This document shows positions 55,387 through 64,000 of a stretch of 64,000 nucleotides of DNA, piece after piece. This stretch comes from an uncultured Planctomycetia bacterium (GTDB lineage: Bacteria; Planctomycetota; GCA-002687715; DRQF01), in NCBI GenBank assembly GCA_964559135.1, contig CAZLGG010000005.1:11609-75608 (forward strand), written 5' to 3'. The stretch's first letter is position 1; each line of letters starts with the position of its first letter. Position numbers and translations under genes: made by a program. Under the pieces are notes generated by a model, which ran no database searches, had not been told where the DNA came from, and saw only the letters and a program-made list of their open reading frames with translations.

Positions 55387-57807
55387 CTATCGCGCCGTGA
55401 AGTACCCGAAGATCTCGATGTCCGCGGCGGAGGAGTTCAGGATCTCGGCGTAGGAGGATCTCTCGTCCCCTGACTTCAGGACCAGTTCACCGTCCCACCT
55501 CGCGGTCGTGCGCTCGGGCAACCTCTTCAGCCGAACGATCGTCTTCCCTCCGAGGCGGAGAGTGAATCCTCCGGGACCGTTGCTGTCCCCGGCTGTCGTC
55601 GCCGTGTATTCGACCCGCGTGACGACCCAGACCTGGCCCCATGGGATCAGTCCTCCTTCGAGGTAGGCGCGAGAACGCTCCTTGATCCCGATGACCCCCT
55701 CCGTCTCGAAGGGCGCCTGCACGAGGTCGTCCAGATAGGCGTTCTTCGAACCGTCGAGGAAGACCCGCCGGGGGTTGCCGCCGCCGGCGCCGCCGCGCAT
55801 TCGAATCCGGACCACCGGAGTGCGCATCTCCTTGTTGGGGTCGCGGAGACCCCGCATGATTCTCTGCAGCAGACGGACGTCGGTGATCACCTTCCAGGTG
55901 AACGCAAGGCCCTCATTCGGCCGCGCGCCGAGGATCCTCATGATCGTCCAACGATCGACATCGCGATCGAGGGAGTGGATCAGCAGGAGGTTTCCCGCCG
56001 CGACGTCGAGCATCGTCTTGGCGGAGAGACCTGCGAGGTCCTCGGGGCTCCAGGACTCCAGATTCGGCCGTGAGCCGAGATTCCACCCCTGACTCCTGTC
56101 GTCCGTCACAGTTTGAAGACGCAGCCGTCCGCCCCAGTCCGCGAAGTCCCGATCCGCAGACGGATCCGGGGCCGACGGTGGGCGCGGTTTCGTGAAGTCG
56201 AACGCCGAGAATTCACTCGCCATGTTGACGTCGGAGGTGAATCCCTGTGCATGGCGCCGGGTGAGCGCGACCCCGATGCGCTTCTCGCGCGCCTCTTCCC
56301 GAAAAAAGTCGCGGATGCGGGCCACTTCTTCGAAAAGAGCCTTGCGCTCGTCCGCATAGCGACGGCGCTTCGCCTCCTTCCACGGGTCGCTGTCAAAGGC
56401 GTGCATGTCCAACAGGAAGCCCTTCTCGACCCGGGTCATCCTCCGGGTGTCATCGAAAACGGGACCGGAGGAGTTCCAGACGTAGGCGAGGACCGCATCG
56501 TTCTTCTGCCAGTCTCCGCCTGCTTCCTTCCTGTCCAGGATCGAGCAGAGCGCATAGCCGCCGTCTCGAGTCTTCAAGACGAAGACGTCGGTCCACGCCT
56601 CACGGTCGTCGCAGTGGATGCTCCGGTTCGAGCCCAATCGCGCCTCCTCGACGGAAAGAACGGCTCTGCGGAAGCAGTCGACGGAAGGACCCTCGCCCAG
56701 GTCGGGGAGATGGGGGAACCCGGCAACGCCGTCCGGCGCCGAGAATCTGATGCTGCTGATGCCTCCCGCGCAGGTTCGGAACCACAGATCGGCCTCCTCC
56801 TCGGGCACGTGAGCGCCCCGCGCGAAGGACCAACCCTGTCGGTAATGGAGGGTGAAGGTCCCCTCCCGGAGGACGCCTGGATCGGACGCCTTCGTGTCGG
56901 CCACGGGGAGGGTCTCTCGTGGTCGAGGTGGAGTGAGATCCTCCGACGGAGGGGCGGCATCGGCGCGCCCGGGTGACGACATCCGGGGCGCGGGTCGCGT
57001 CACGACGTCGGCGGCCCCGACCGTCGTGGTCAGAGCGGAGAGTTCGTCATCCTCGGCATCGCCCCCGAGGAATCCGTCCGCCACCGAAGCCACGCCCACC
57101 ACCACGACGAGAGCCGCGACAACCACACCCGGAATGACCCAGGCCGTCCCGACGGTCGCCGTCACGCCCGCGGCGACCGCCGCGGGGGCCGTGGAAGCCG
57201 CTTGGGCCAGCACTGCCGAACGGACGCTCTCCATTCCTCCGCTCTTGAAGGGAACCAACACCGCGGGCATGGCCGCGCCGGCGGGCAGGGCCTTTCTCAG
57301 CAGCGCCAGCCCGCGATGGAGACGGGTGCGTACGGCTCCCGGCGTCATTTCCAGTCGCCTTGCGATCTCGGCCGGTGCAACGTTCTCCTCGAAAACGATC
57401 TCGATCACTTCACGGTAAGCGTTCGGAAGGCCCGCGATGGCGGAACGCAGCGTGGAGTTGCGCTCGTTGTTCTCGGCGTTCTCGTCCGGCCGGGTCACCG
57501 CCCTTTCCGGCAAGCGCTCCGGTTGAGGTCGGCGGCGCTCCCGACGCGCACGATGACGCGCTTCCCGTCGGAGAATCCCCATCAGCCATGGGGAAGCGGA
57601 GCGACGCGGATTCCATCGCTTCAAGGCGTGCATGATCGCCAAGAACGTGTCCTGAACGAGATCCTCGGCCTGCTGCGCATTCGTCGTGAGATGCAGGGCG
57701 ACCTCGAACAGGGAGGGTGCCGCCTCGTCGAACAATTTGGCCAGGTCCTCGGGAAGACCGGTCTCCCGGTAACGTTTCATCAGTGCGTGAGTGGTTTCTT
57801 CTCTCAT
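55387..57807 (-). CDS. ECF sigma factor fused to a TM helix and a large extracytoplasmic C-terminal extension
   Basis: Sigma2 (AEDLVQDTF, WLMGI), sigma4 (LPNAYRE, EIA..L..GAVRTRLHRG), Ala/Val-rich TM, about 500-aa tail. Start is 57807 or 57870. Confidence 0.87.
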   Translation of the reverse strand: MREETTHALMKRYRETGLPEDLAKLFDEAAPSLFEVALHLTTNAQQAEDLVQDTFLAIMHALKRWNPRRSASPWLMGILRREARHRARRERRRPQPERLPERAVTRPDENAENNERNSTLRSAIAGLPNAYREVIEIVFEENVAPAEIARRLEMTPGAVRTRLHRGLALLRKALPAGAAMPAVLVPFKSGGMESVRSAVLAQAASTAPAAVAAGVTATVGTAWVIPGVVVAALVVVVGVASVADGFLGGDAEDDELSALTTTVGAADVVTRPAPRMSSPGRADAAPPSEDLTPPRPRETLPVADTKASDPGVLREGTFTLHYRQGWSFARGAHVPEEEADLWFRTCAGGISSIRFSAPDGVAGFPHLPDLGEGPSVDCFRRAVLSVEEARLGSNRSIHCDDREAWTDVFVLKTRDGGYALCSILDRKEAGGDWQKNDAVLAYVWNSSGPVFDDTRRMTRVEKGFLLDMHAFDSDPWKEAKRRRYADERKALFEEVARIRDFFREEAREKRIGVALTRRHAQGFTSDVNMASEFSAFDFTKPRPPSAPDPSADRDFADWGGRLRLQTVTDDRSQGWNLGSRPNLESWSPEDLAGLSAKTMLDVAAGNLLLIHSLDRDVDRWTIMRILGARPNEGLAFTWKVITDVRLLQRIMRGLRDPNKEMRTPVVRIRMRGGAGGGNPRRVFLDGSKNAYLDDLVQAPFETEGVIGIKERSRAYLEGGLIPWGQVWVVTRVEYTATTAGDSNGPGGFTLRLGGKTIVRLKRLPERTTARWDGELVLKSGDERSSYAEILNSSAADIEIFGYFTAR

Positions 57808-57962
57808 AGTGCAGTTCTTCTGCATGAGATGACCAACTGTTACAGCCTCATCGAAAAAAGTTGCATCCATGGCGACGAAAGCGATCCTCGCATGTCGAGG
57901 ACGTCTTTCGGAAATGTTCCAGGACTCTCACGGAATGGTCGGCATGATCGAGGAGAAGGCCG

Positions 57963-58853
57963 TTGATCCAAGCTCGTCATCTCAGCAAGCAATTCGGCGA
58001 CGTCCTGGCGGTGGACGATCTCTCGTTGGAGGTCCAGGAAGGCGAGGTCTACGGTTTGCTTGGGCCCAACGGAGCCGGCAAGACGACCACCATTCACATG
58101 CTGGTGGGCCTCCTTCGCCCGGATCGGGGCGAGGTCCGGCTGGGAGGGCGGGGTTCCCCCGAGCTCGCGGAAATCCGACGCATTCTCGGCGTGGCGCCCC
58201 AGGCGCTCTCCCTCTATGACGAACTGACGGGCAAGGAGAATCTGACGTTCATCGGAAGACTCTACGGGCTCGGAGGCGACACCTTGAAGGAGAGGGTCGC
58301 GTGGGCCCTCGGGTTCGCCCAACTCGAGGAGAAGGCCCGCCGGCCCGTCGCAACCTATTCCGGCGGCATGAAGCGCCGCCTCAACCTGGTATCGGCCTTG
58401 CTGCACCGCCCCAGCGTCGTGTTCCTCGACGAGCCGACCGTGGGGGTGGACGCCCAATCTCGAAACCACCTTCTGGAACAGGTGCGGACTCTCGCCGACG
58501 AGGGATGCGCCGTTCTTCTGACGACCCACGCCATGGAGGAGGCCGAACGCATCTGCGACCGCGTGGCGATCATGGACCACGGTCGCCTGCTGGCGCTGGA
58601 TACGGTGGCGAACCTCATCGCCGCCCACGGGGGCAAGGCCAAGGTCACGGCGGAATTGAAGTCCGAGGTCCCTGAAGGCTGTGTGCTTCCCGGCTCCGTC
58701 GACGGCGGAAGACTGAGTTTCACGAGTCACGAACCCCTCCAAGACCTCCTGGAACTCTCGAGAAAAGGGATCCGTTTAGGTGCATTCCACGTGGAGCGAC
58801 CGGACCTCGAAGCGGTCTTCCTCGCCCTCACGGGAAGGAGGCTGAGAGATTGA
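57963..58853 (+). CDS. ABC-2 type exporter ATP-binding subunit
   Basis: GPNGAGKT, YSGGMKRR, LDEPT, TTH. Confidence 0.93.
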   Translation: MIQARHLSKQFGDVLAVDDLSLEVQEGEVYGLLGPNGAGKTTTIHMLVGLLRPDRGEVRLGGRGSPELAEIRRILGVAPQALSLYDELTGKENLTFIGRLYGLGGDTLKERVAWALGFAQLEEKARRPVATYSGGMKRRLNLVSALLHRPSVVFLDEPTVGVDAQSRNHLLEQVRTLADEGCAVLLTTHAMEEAERICDRVAIMDHGRLLALDTVANLIAAHGGKAKVTAELKSEVPEGCVLPGSVDGGRLSFTSHEPLQDLLELSRKGIRLGAFHVERPDLEAVFLALTGRRLRD

Positions 58854-60160
58854 TGCGACATCCTCTGTTCACCCTCGCCATGAAGGACATCCACCTGCTC
58901 CTCAGGGATCGCATGGGGTTGTTCTTCGTCGTCGCGTTCCCGATCCTGATGGGCGTCGCGTTCGGCCTCGTGGGCGCCGGATTCGCGGGCGATGATCCCG
59001 ACCGCAAGGAAGCCACCGTCCTTGTGGTGGATGCGGACCAAAGCCCCATGTCTCGTCTTTTCGTGAGCCATCTCGACGAAGCCGATGACGTAGCCACGAA
59101 AGCAGCGGCGAACGTGGAGACCGCGCGAAAACAAGTCCTCGCGGGCAAGGCCCTGGCGGTCCTCGCGATTCCCGAGGGCTTCGGCGAGACCGCGGGGGTT
59201 TTCTGGGCCGAGAAGCCGGCACTGGGTCTGGGGGTCGATCCCTCTCGCAAAGCGGAAGGCGCCATGCTCCAGGGACGATTGATGGAGGCGGCCGGCCGAC
59301 TCATGCAGGACCGCTTCCGCGACCCGAAAAGCCTCCGCTCCGTGTCGGACACGGCGAGACGTCAACTCGCGGAGAACACGGAGATCCCGGAAGCCACCCG
59401 TCGCGCGCTGGATGTCCTATTCCAATCCCTGGACGATCTGGCAGAGGCGACGCCCGACGAATCTGCCGAGGAGAAGTCCGTCGGCGGATCCGGCCCCTCG
59501 ATGGAACTTCTCCAATTGGAAACGATCGACGTGCGGGCCGGAATGGAACCCGGCGTGGAGGCCAAGCTCCGGTCTCGCTGGGATATAAGCTTTCCGGCAG
59601 CGATCCTGTGGGGCATCCTCAGTTGCATGGGGAGCTTCGCCGTTTCCATCGTCAAGGAGAAGCAGTCGGGCACGCTCTTTCGGCTCCGAGCCGCCCCGAT
59701 CCGTTCCGAACACATTCTGCTCGGCAAGGGCTTGGCCTGCATGGTGACGGCCCTCGGGGTGATCGCGCTCATGATGGGACTGGGGGCCGCCCTGGGCATC
59801 CAGCTCCAGAGCCCGGGCCTTCTTCTTCTGGCGGCCCTCTGCACGGCTTTCGGATTCTCCGGTCTCATGATGCTCATGAGCGTCCTCGGCAAGACGGAGC
59901 AAGCGGTCGCCGGAGCGGGGTGGGCCCTCATCGTGACGATGGCCATGTTCGGCGGCGGCATGATTCCGTTGGCCTTCATGCCGCGCTTCATGGTGGAGAT
60001 CTCCAACTTCAGTCCGGTGAAGTGGGGCATCCTCGCGTTCGAGGGCGCCATCTGGAGAGGGTTTCATGTCGCGGACATGCTGCTTCCCTGCGCCATTCTC
60101 CTCGGCATGGGTCTCGTCGGCTACGCACTCGGTTTCACGCGGCTCAAGCGTTCCTTCTGA
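58853..60160 (+). CDS. ABC-2 type exporter permease
   Basis: KDIHLLLRD, large periplasmic loop, EKQSGTLFRL..P, C-terminal TM helices; TGATG coupling. Confidence 0.9.
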   Translation: MRHPLFTLAMKDIHLLLRDRMGLFFVVAFPILMGVAFGLVGAGFAGDDPDRKEATVLVVDADQSPMSRLFVSHLDEADDVATKAAANVETARKQVLAGKALAVLAIPEGFGETAGVFWAEKPALGLGVDPSRKAEGAMLQGRLMEAAGRLMQDRFRDPKSLRSVSDTARRQLAENTEIPEATRRALDVLFQSLDDLAEATPDESAEEKSVGGSGPSMELLQLETIDVRAGMEPGVEAKLRSRWDISFPAAILWGILSCMGSFAVSIVKEKQSGTLFRLRAAPIRSEHILLGKGLACMVTALGVIALMMGLGAALGIQLQSPGLLLLAALCTAFGFSGLMMLMSVLGKTEQAVAGAGWALIVTMAMFGGGMIPLAFMPRFMVEISNFSPVKWGILAFEGAIWRGFHVADMLLPCAILLGMGLVGYALGFTRLKRSF

Positions 60161-60219
60161 TTGTTTCCTTCAGACCGGACGCGATCGCGAGGAAAAACGC
60201 CCCCGAGTCGCGGGAGGTT

Positions 60220-61098
60220 TCAGGAGCGCGCCTCGAGGAGGGCGCGCGGGAGGTCGACGAGGATGTCTTCGGGGAGAAGAGCGGTCTCCCCCACCCGGTC
60301 GCGGGCGAGGTCGGCAGCCCGACCATGGAGATGAACGGCGAGGCACGCGGCGTCGAAGGGGTCCGATTCACCCTGGAGGAGCAAGGCGCCCAGAAATCCG
60401 GCCAAGATGTCGCCCGTCCCCCCCGTCGCCATGCCCGGGTTCCCCGTGAGGTTCGTCCACTGCCGGTGTCCGTCCTCGACCACGGTGCGATGGCCCTTCA
60501 GCACGACCACGGCGCCGGTGGAGGTTGCCAGAGCACGAGCGGCGCCGGGGCGGTCGGACTGCACCTTTTCCGTCGTCATGCCCAACAGGCGAGCGGCTTC
60601 CCCCGGATGAGGGGTGAGAACCCGCACGGCGCTGGCCGGATGTTCCAGAATTCTTCGATTCTCCGCCGCGAGATTGAGGGCGTCCGCGTCGAGGACGACG
60701 GGGATGGTTTGCTCGGGGAGCCACCGCGCGAGGAGGGCGCTCAGATCCTCGCTTTGATCCAGGCCCGGCCCGACGACGAAGGCGTCCGCCTCGAAGGAGC
60801 GCAGGAGGCGGAGAGCGGGGAATGCGACCCGTCCCTCGGCGTCCTCGGGGAGCGACACTACGATACGGCTGGGCGCGCCGTCGCGCACGGTTCGACCGGC
60901 GGAAGCGGGAGTCGCCACCACCACGAGCCCAGCCCCTCCCCGGCCGGCCCCGGCGGCAGCCAGCGCGGCCGCCCCGCCATATCGTCTGGAGCCCGCCAGG
61001 AGTACGATCTTCCCGAAGATTCCCTTGTGGGCCTCTCGCGGGCGACGGGGCAGCCGGCTCGGCGGCGGGACGGCGGAGGATTCACGAGCGCTCACCAT
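60220..61098 (-). CDS. nnrD: ADP-dependent NAD(P)H-hydrate dehydratase (stand-alone YjeF C-terminal domain)
   Basis: HKG.FG, GPGL, DADAL, TPHPGEA, LKG, MATGGTGDIL. Confidence 0.92.
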   Translation of the reverse strand: MVSARESSAVPPPSRLPRRPREAHKGIFGKIVLLAGSRRYGGAAALAAAGAGRGGAGLVVVATPASAGRTVRDGAPSRIVVSLPEDAEGRVAFPALRLLRSFEADAFVVGPGLDQSEDLSALLARWLPEQTIPVVLDADALNLAAENRRILEHPASAVRVLTPHPGEAARLLGMTTEKVQSDRPGAARALATSTGAVVVLKGHRTVVEDGHRQWTNLTGNPGMATGGTGDILAGFLGALLLQGESDPFDAACLAVHLHGRAADLARDRVGETALLPEDILVDLPRALLEARS

Positions 61099-61179
61099 GA
61101 CGGAATCCTAACCCGGGCAACGTGCCCTGACGAACCTCTTGAACGCCACCAGGCAAGGTCGCCTCCGACACACCGCACG

Positions 61180-61556
61180 TCAACTTGGATCGACGAGACT
61201 TCGTCCCTTGTCCCGTGACTGGTAGAGGAAAACCAAGGCTCGATCCAGAGTTTCCAGACAGGGGACCCGTGCGGCACGGAGCGTCACCAAGTTCACCTGC
61301 CGTGTGTCATTCAGTTGGTCCGTAGTGGGCTTGTCGCTGCGGCCCCTGGGGAGTTTGCCGGACAGCCACTCCTTCACGCCCCTCTTGGCCTCCCACCCGT
61401 CCCCATCCCAAGGAGGAAAACCGAGATCATTGAGGCAATGAGAGGACTCGCCCACGGCATCCAAGGCGTGAGCGCCTCGGAGAGCCGCGTGACGAGGTTT
61501 CCCGCGGCCGCGACCTCCCCATGGCCTTCCACGAGCCAAGACCCCTTCGCCGTCAC
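61180..61556 (-). pseudogene. Internally deleted, frameshifted DUF4276-like (TOPRIM-type) gene
   Basis: GTG start 61556 gives LVEGHGEV..LVTRL; C-terminal RGVKEWLS..P.GRS.KPTTDQ...LDRAL lies in another frame; the central region is missing. Confidence 0.6.
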
Positions 61557-61975
61557 GAGTGATCGATGGCCCCATCGTCGTCGAATGGGGAATTCTGAAG
61601 TCACAAGAATCTGAGAATTCTCGCTTGCCTGCTTCCAATGGTCGCGAAGGATGGGCAGTGTGCCCGGATGCACCGTCAACTCCGGTTCCTCGATTCCGAT
61701 GACGGGAAGAGAGGGCTCCTGCAGGAGGGCGGTCAAGAGCCCAGCCACTCGCAGCGTCCCGTCCGATTGCTGACTCGCATCGAACCATCGCTTCTCTTTG
61801 ACCGTCTTGGGTTGTTGCCGAAACTCCGCGATCAGATGACTTGCAACAGAACGTACTTGGACATCCTCGATATCGCCGGTCAGCGCTTTCAGACCACAAA
61901 CGAGGTCATCCTTCACCTCTTGGTTCCGTGCAAGCTCTTTGAGGATCGACAGCCAGTTCTCCCCACGGGGCCGCG
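61553..61975 (-). pseudogene. Truncated AAA_21/AbiEii-like ABC ATPase fragment
   Basis: QSDGTLR signature, IGIEEPELTVHP Walker B, QILVTS; no Walker A; frameshift before the native stop. 5' limit approximate. Confidence 0.7.
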
Positions 61976-62064
61976 ACCTCGCCCCGTCTGCGATCCTAAC
62001 CACTTGCTGCACAATGGGCGAGACGCCCCATCTTGGCATGAACCGACGTCACCGTCGTGCACTC

Positions 62065-62092
62065 TTGCGGCGGGACGCTCCCCGGATACAAT
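62065..62092 (+). promoter_or_regulatory. Sigma70-type promoter for the tRNA pair
   Basis: TTGCGG-N16-TACAAT followed by a GC-rich discriminator. Confidence 0.55.
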
Positions 62093-62120
62093 CCTCGCGA
62101 CGCCTCGCCAGGCTCGCCCT

Positions 62121-62205
62121 GGAGGGTTGGCAGAGTGGTCGAATGCGGCGGTCTTGAAAACCGTTGTCGCGCGAGCGACCGGGGGTTCGAATCCCTCACC
62201 CTCCG
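62121..62205 (+). tRNA. tRNA-Ser(TGA), CCA not encoded
   Basis: GGAGGGT/ACCCTCC acceptor stem, G73, anticodon loop CT-TGA-AA, long variable arm, GGTTCGAATCC. Confidence 0.96.
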
Positions 62206-62249
62206 CTCGCCCACCCGCGCCCCGACGGACGCAGGGCGTTGAGACGACA

Positions 62250-62339
62250 GGAGAGATGGCAGAGTGGTCGAATGCGCCCGCTTGCTAAGCGGGTGGGGGA
62301 TCACAAGTCCCCCCCCGGGTTCGAATCCCGGTCTCTCCG
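62250..62339 (+). tRNA. tRNA-Ser(GCT), CCA not encoded
   Basis: GGAGAGA/TCTCTCC acceptor stem, G73, CCCGC-TT-GCT-AA-GCGGG, long variable arm, GGTTCGAATCC. Confidence 0.96.
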
Positions 62340-62344
62340 CTCAC

Positions 62345-62377
62345 GGGCCCGACTCCCCCCGAGTCGGGCCCTTTTTT
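62345..62377 (+). terminator. Intrinsic terminator of the tRNA operon
   Basis: GGGCCCGACTC-CCCCC-GAGTCGGGCCC-TTTTTT. Confidence 0.92.
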
Positions 62378-62501
62378 GCGTCCTCTCCGAACTCGACTCC
62401 ATGAAACCTTGACTTCAGCCTCGCAGTGATCTCCAATGGAGGTCAATTCACTCGGGCTGGGGCGTCGCGCGACGGCCCCCACGGGAGGAGGAAGCGCAGC
62501 C

Positions 62502-64000
62502 ATGTCATCAAGGTCGTCCGGAAGACACACGGCTCTTTTCGTACTCTCTTTTCTCGCCTTGTTGTCGGAAACGCCGGCCCAGTCCTATCAGACACCCATC
62601 GTCTGGCAGAGCAACACCACGCCTTCCACATCCGGATATGGACGGGTCATGGCACGACTGGGCGATCTCGACGGTGACGGAGTCCATGATCTCGCCGTTC
62701 ACGACGGTTACATCAACTCAACCTTCAGCGCCGTCCACATTCTCTCGGGTGCAACAGGGAGTCCTCTTTTTGCGCTCACCGGCTCCCCTCCCCAGACCGC
62801 GACATCGTCCGTGTTCCTGGGACATGCCGTCGGCATGCCCGATCAGGATGGGGACGGCGTCCCGGACATTCTCCTCCGTTACCAAGAGTCGGTGGGACTT
62901 CTCTTCAACTTCGAAAACCGGATCTATAGCGGCGCGACCGGGGCCATCATCCGGACGCTCCCCCCCGAGGCCGCCAGCGCAGCCGTAGCCGACTATGACG
63001 CCGACGGCCTCGGCGACATTCTGGCTGGGGAGCCGGCGGGGGGAAGTCCTGGGACAGCAACGATCTACTCGAGCTTCACCGGATTGCCGCTGCTCCAGGT
63101 CACCGCCTCGACCGGGTTCACGAACTTCGGGAGCGACGTCGCCGTTCTTGGTGACCTGAACGGTGACGGCTGGGAAGAGTTCGCGGTCAGCGAGGCCTTC
63201 GGCGGAGTCGGAGGAGTCGTCTGGGTCTATTCAGGATTCGATGGCCAGGTGCTTCTTTCGGTCGGCGGTGCTTCGGGAGAGCACCTGGGCGAGCCTATCA
63301 CGTCCGCCGGCGACATGGACGGCGACGGTATTCCTGACTTTGCCGCTACGGAGGCCGTGTCAACCCATGTACGAGTGTTCTCCGGAGCCACCGGAGCCTT
63401 GATCCATGATGTCGCCTCGCCTTTCCTCGCCACGGCGCCCAGTCCATTGTGTGTCAACTTCGCTTTCGACATCGATGGCGGCGAGGACGTGGACGGAGAC
63501 GGCGTCCCGGATTTGGTCATTGGTGCTCCGGGAGAGCCCGACGATCTCAACGTGAGTCGTCCAGGACGGGTCTACATCCTTTCCGGAGCATCGGGTGCCC
63601 TGACATCGGTGGCCATCGGCCTCCCCAACACATCCTTCAGCTCATGCGGGTCCAACCCCCGACTCGGCACATCCGTCGTGCTCCTCGGTGACGTCGACGG
63701 CGACGGGATCTCAGATTTCGCAGCCGGGGATCCTGCCCCTCCCTCCCCGACGCCGGGTTACGTTCAGTGCCGCCATGGACTCGCGGGCCCCGTCGAACCT
63801 CTCCGGGCCGGCAACGTGAACGCCTTCGGGACGGGTGGCATCGTCGACGTCCTGCGGGTCGATCCCGGGCCAGCGGGATCTCCCACGGCCGCCGTCGCCA
63901 ACGACCGAGGCGTCACACTGCCGATCAACTCCCCTTTCGCCCTGTGGATGGCGCGTCCTCCCGCCGGCCCGACCGTGGCCCACTATGTCCTTTGGGGTCG
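62502..64000 (+). CDS. Secreted FG-GAP (integrin-alpha beta-propeller) repeat protein; runs off the window and is absent from the ORF track
   Basis: GGAGGAGG SD; ATG 62502 (MSSRSSGRHTALFVLSFLALL...). Repeated GDLDGDG, PDQDGDG, ADYDADG, GDLNGDG, GDMDGDG, EDVDGDG, GDVDGDG calcium loops and SGATG motifs. Confidence 0.88.
   Translation, partial: MSSRSSGRHTALFVLSFLALLSETPAQSYQTPIVWQSNTTPSTSGYGRVMARLGDLDGDGVHDLAVHDGYINSTFSAVHILSGATGSPLFALTGSPPQTATSSVFLGHAVGMPDQDGDGVPDILLRYQESVGLLFNFENRIYSGATGAIIRTLPPEAASAAVADYDADGLGDILAGEPAGGSPGTATIYSSFTGLPLLQVTASTGFTNFGSDVAVLGDLNGDGWEEFAVSEAFGGVGGVVWVYSGFDGQVLLSVGGASGEHLGEPITSAGDMDGDGIPDFAATEAVSTHVRVFSGATGALIHDVASPFLATAPSPLCVNFAFDIDGGEDVDGDGVPDLVIGAPGEPDDLNVSRPGRVYILSGASGALTSVAIGLPNTSFSSCGSNPRLGTSVVLLGDVDGDGISDFAAGDPAPPSPTPGYVQCRHGLAGPVEPLRAGNVNAFGTGGIVDVLRVDPGPAGSPTAAVANDRGVTLPINSPFALWMARPPAGPTVAHYVLWG

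Noticed and set aside
62121-62205. tRNA-Sec, which would support the selenium hypothesis
   Set aside because: The anticodon is TGA (Ser), not TCA, and the acceptor stem is the standard 7 bp.
61100-62400. tRNA-integrated genomic island or prophage
   Set aside because: No integrase, no duplicated tRNA 3' end found in the window, and the relic lies 5' of the tRNAs.
1-64000. CRISPR array, rRNA or IS elements
   Set aside because: No regularly spaced repeats, rRNA-like segments or transposase motifs were seen by eye.

Overview
GC-rich bacterial chromosomal segment, densely coding, with about 50 genes and two tRNA-Ser genes. I infer Planctomycetota from the ECF sigma factor with a long C-terminal extension, the FG-GAP and DUF3352-like exported proteins and the sulfatase/FGE-fold genes. 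Most content is housekeeping or transport: tricorn-like S41 protease, miaE, nagZ with a sodium:solute symporter, thiD, tdk, purB, recN, rsmD, pdxJ, nnrD, an RND pump and an ABC exporter. No CRISPR array, rRNA or intact mobile element was seen. Highlights: (1) a translationally coupled methyltransferase, ChbG/YdjC deacetylase and SenB-like glycosyltransferase operon (5107-7723), a candidate methylated seleno/thio-sugar pathway; (2) a c-di-GMP-I riboswitch with promoter and terminator directly ahead of a FliA/WhiG sigma factor, near a degenerate REC-GGDEF protein that keeps its RxxD site; (3) an unannotated ~200-nt unit (45242-45039, minus strand) bounded by a sigma54 promoter and an intrinsic terminator, either an sRNA or a 52-aa leaderless ORF; (4) recurrent -10 boxes 5-8 nt before start codons, suggesting leaderless mRNAs; (5) a deleted ABC-ATPase/DUF4276 defence-like relic beside the tRNAs. 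All family calls come from motif recognition by eye; no database searches were run.
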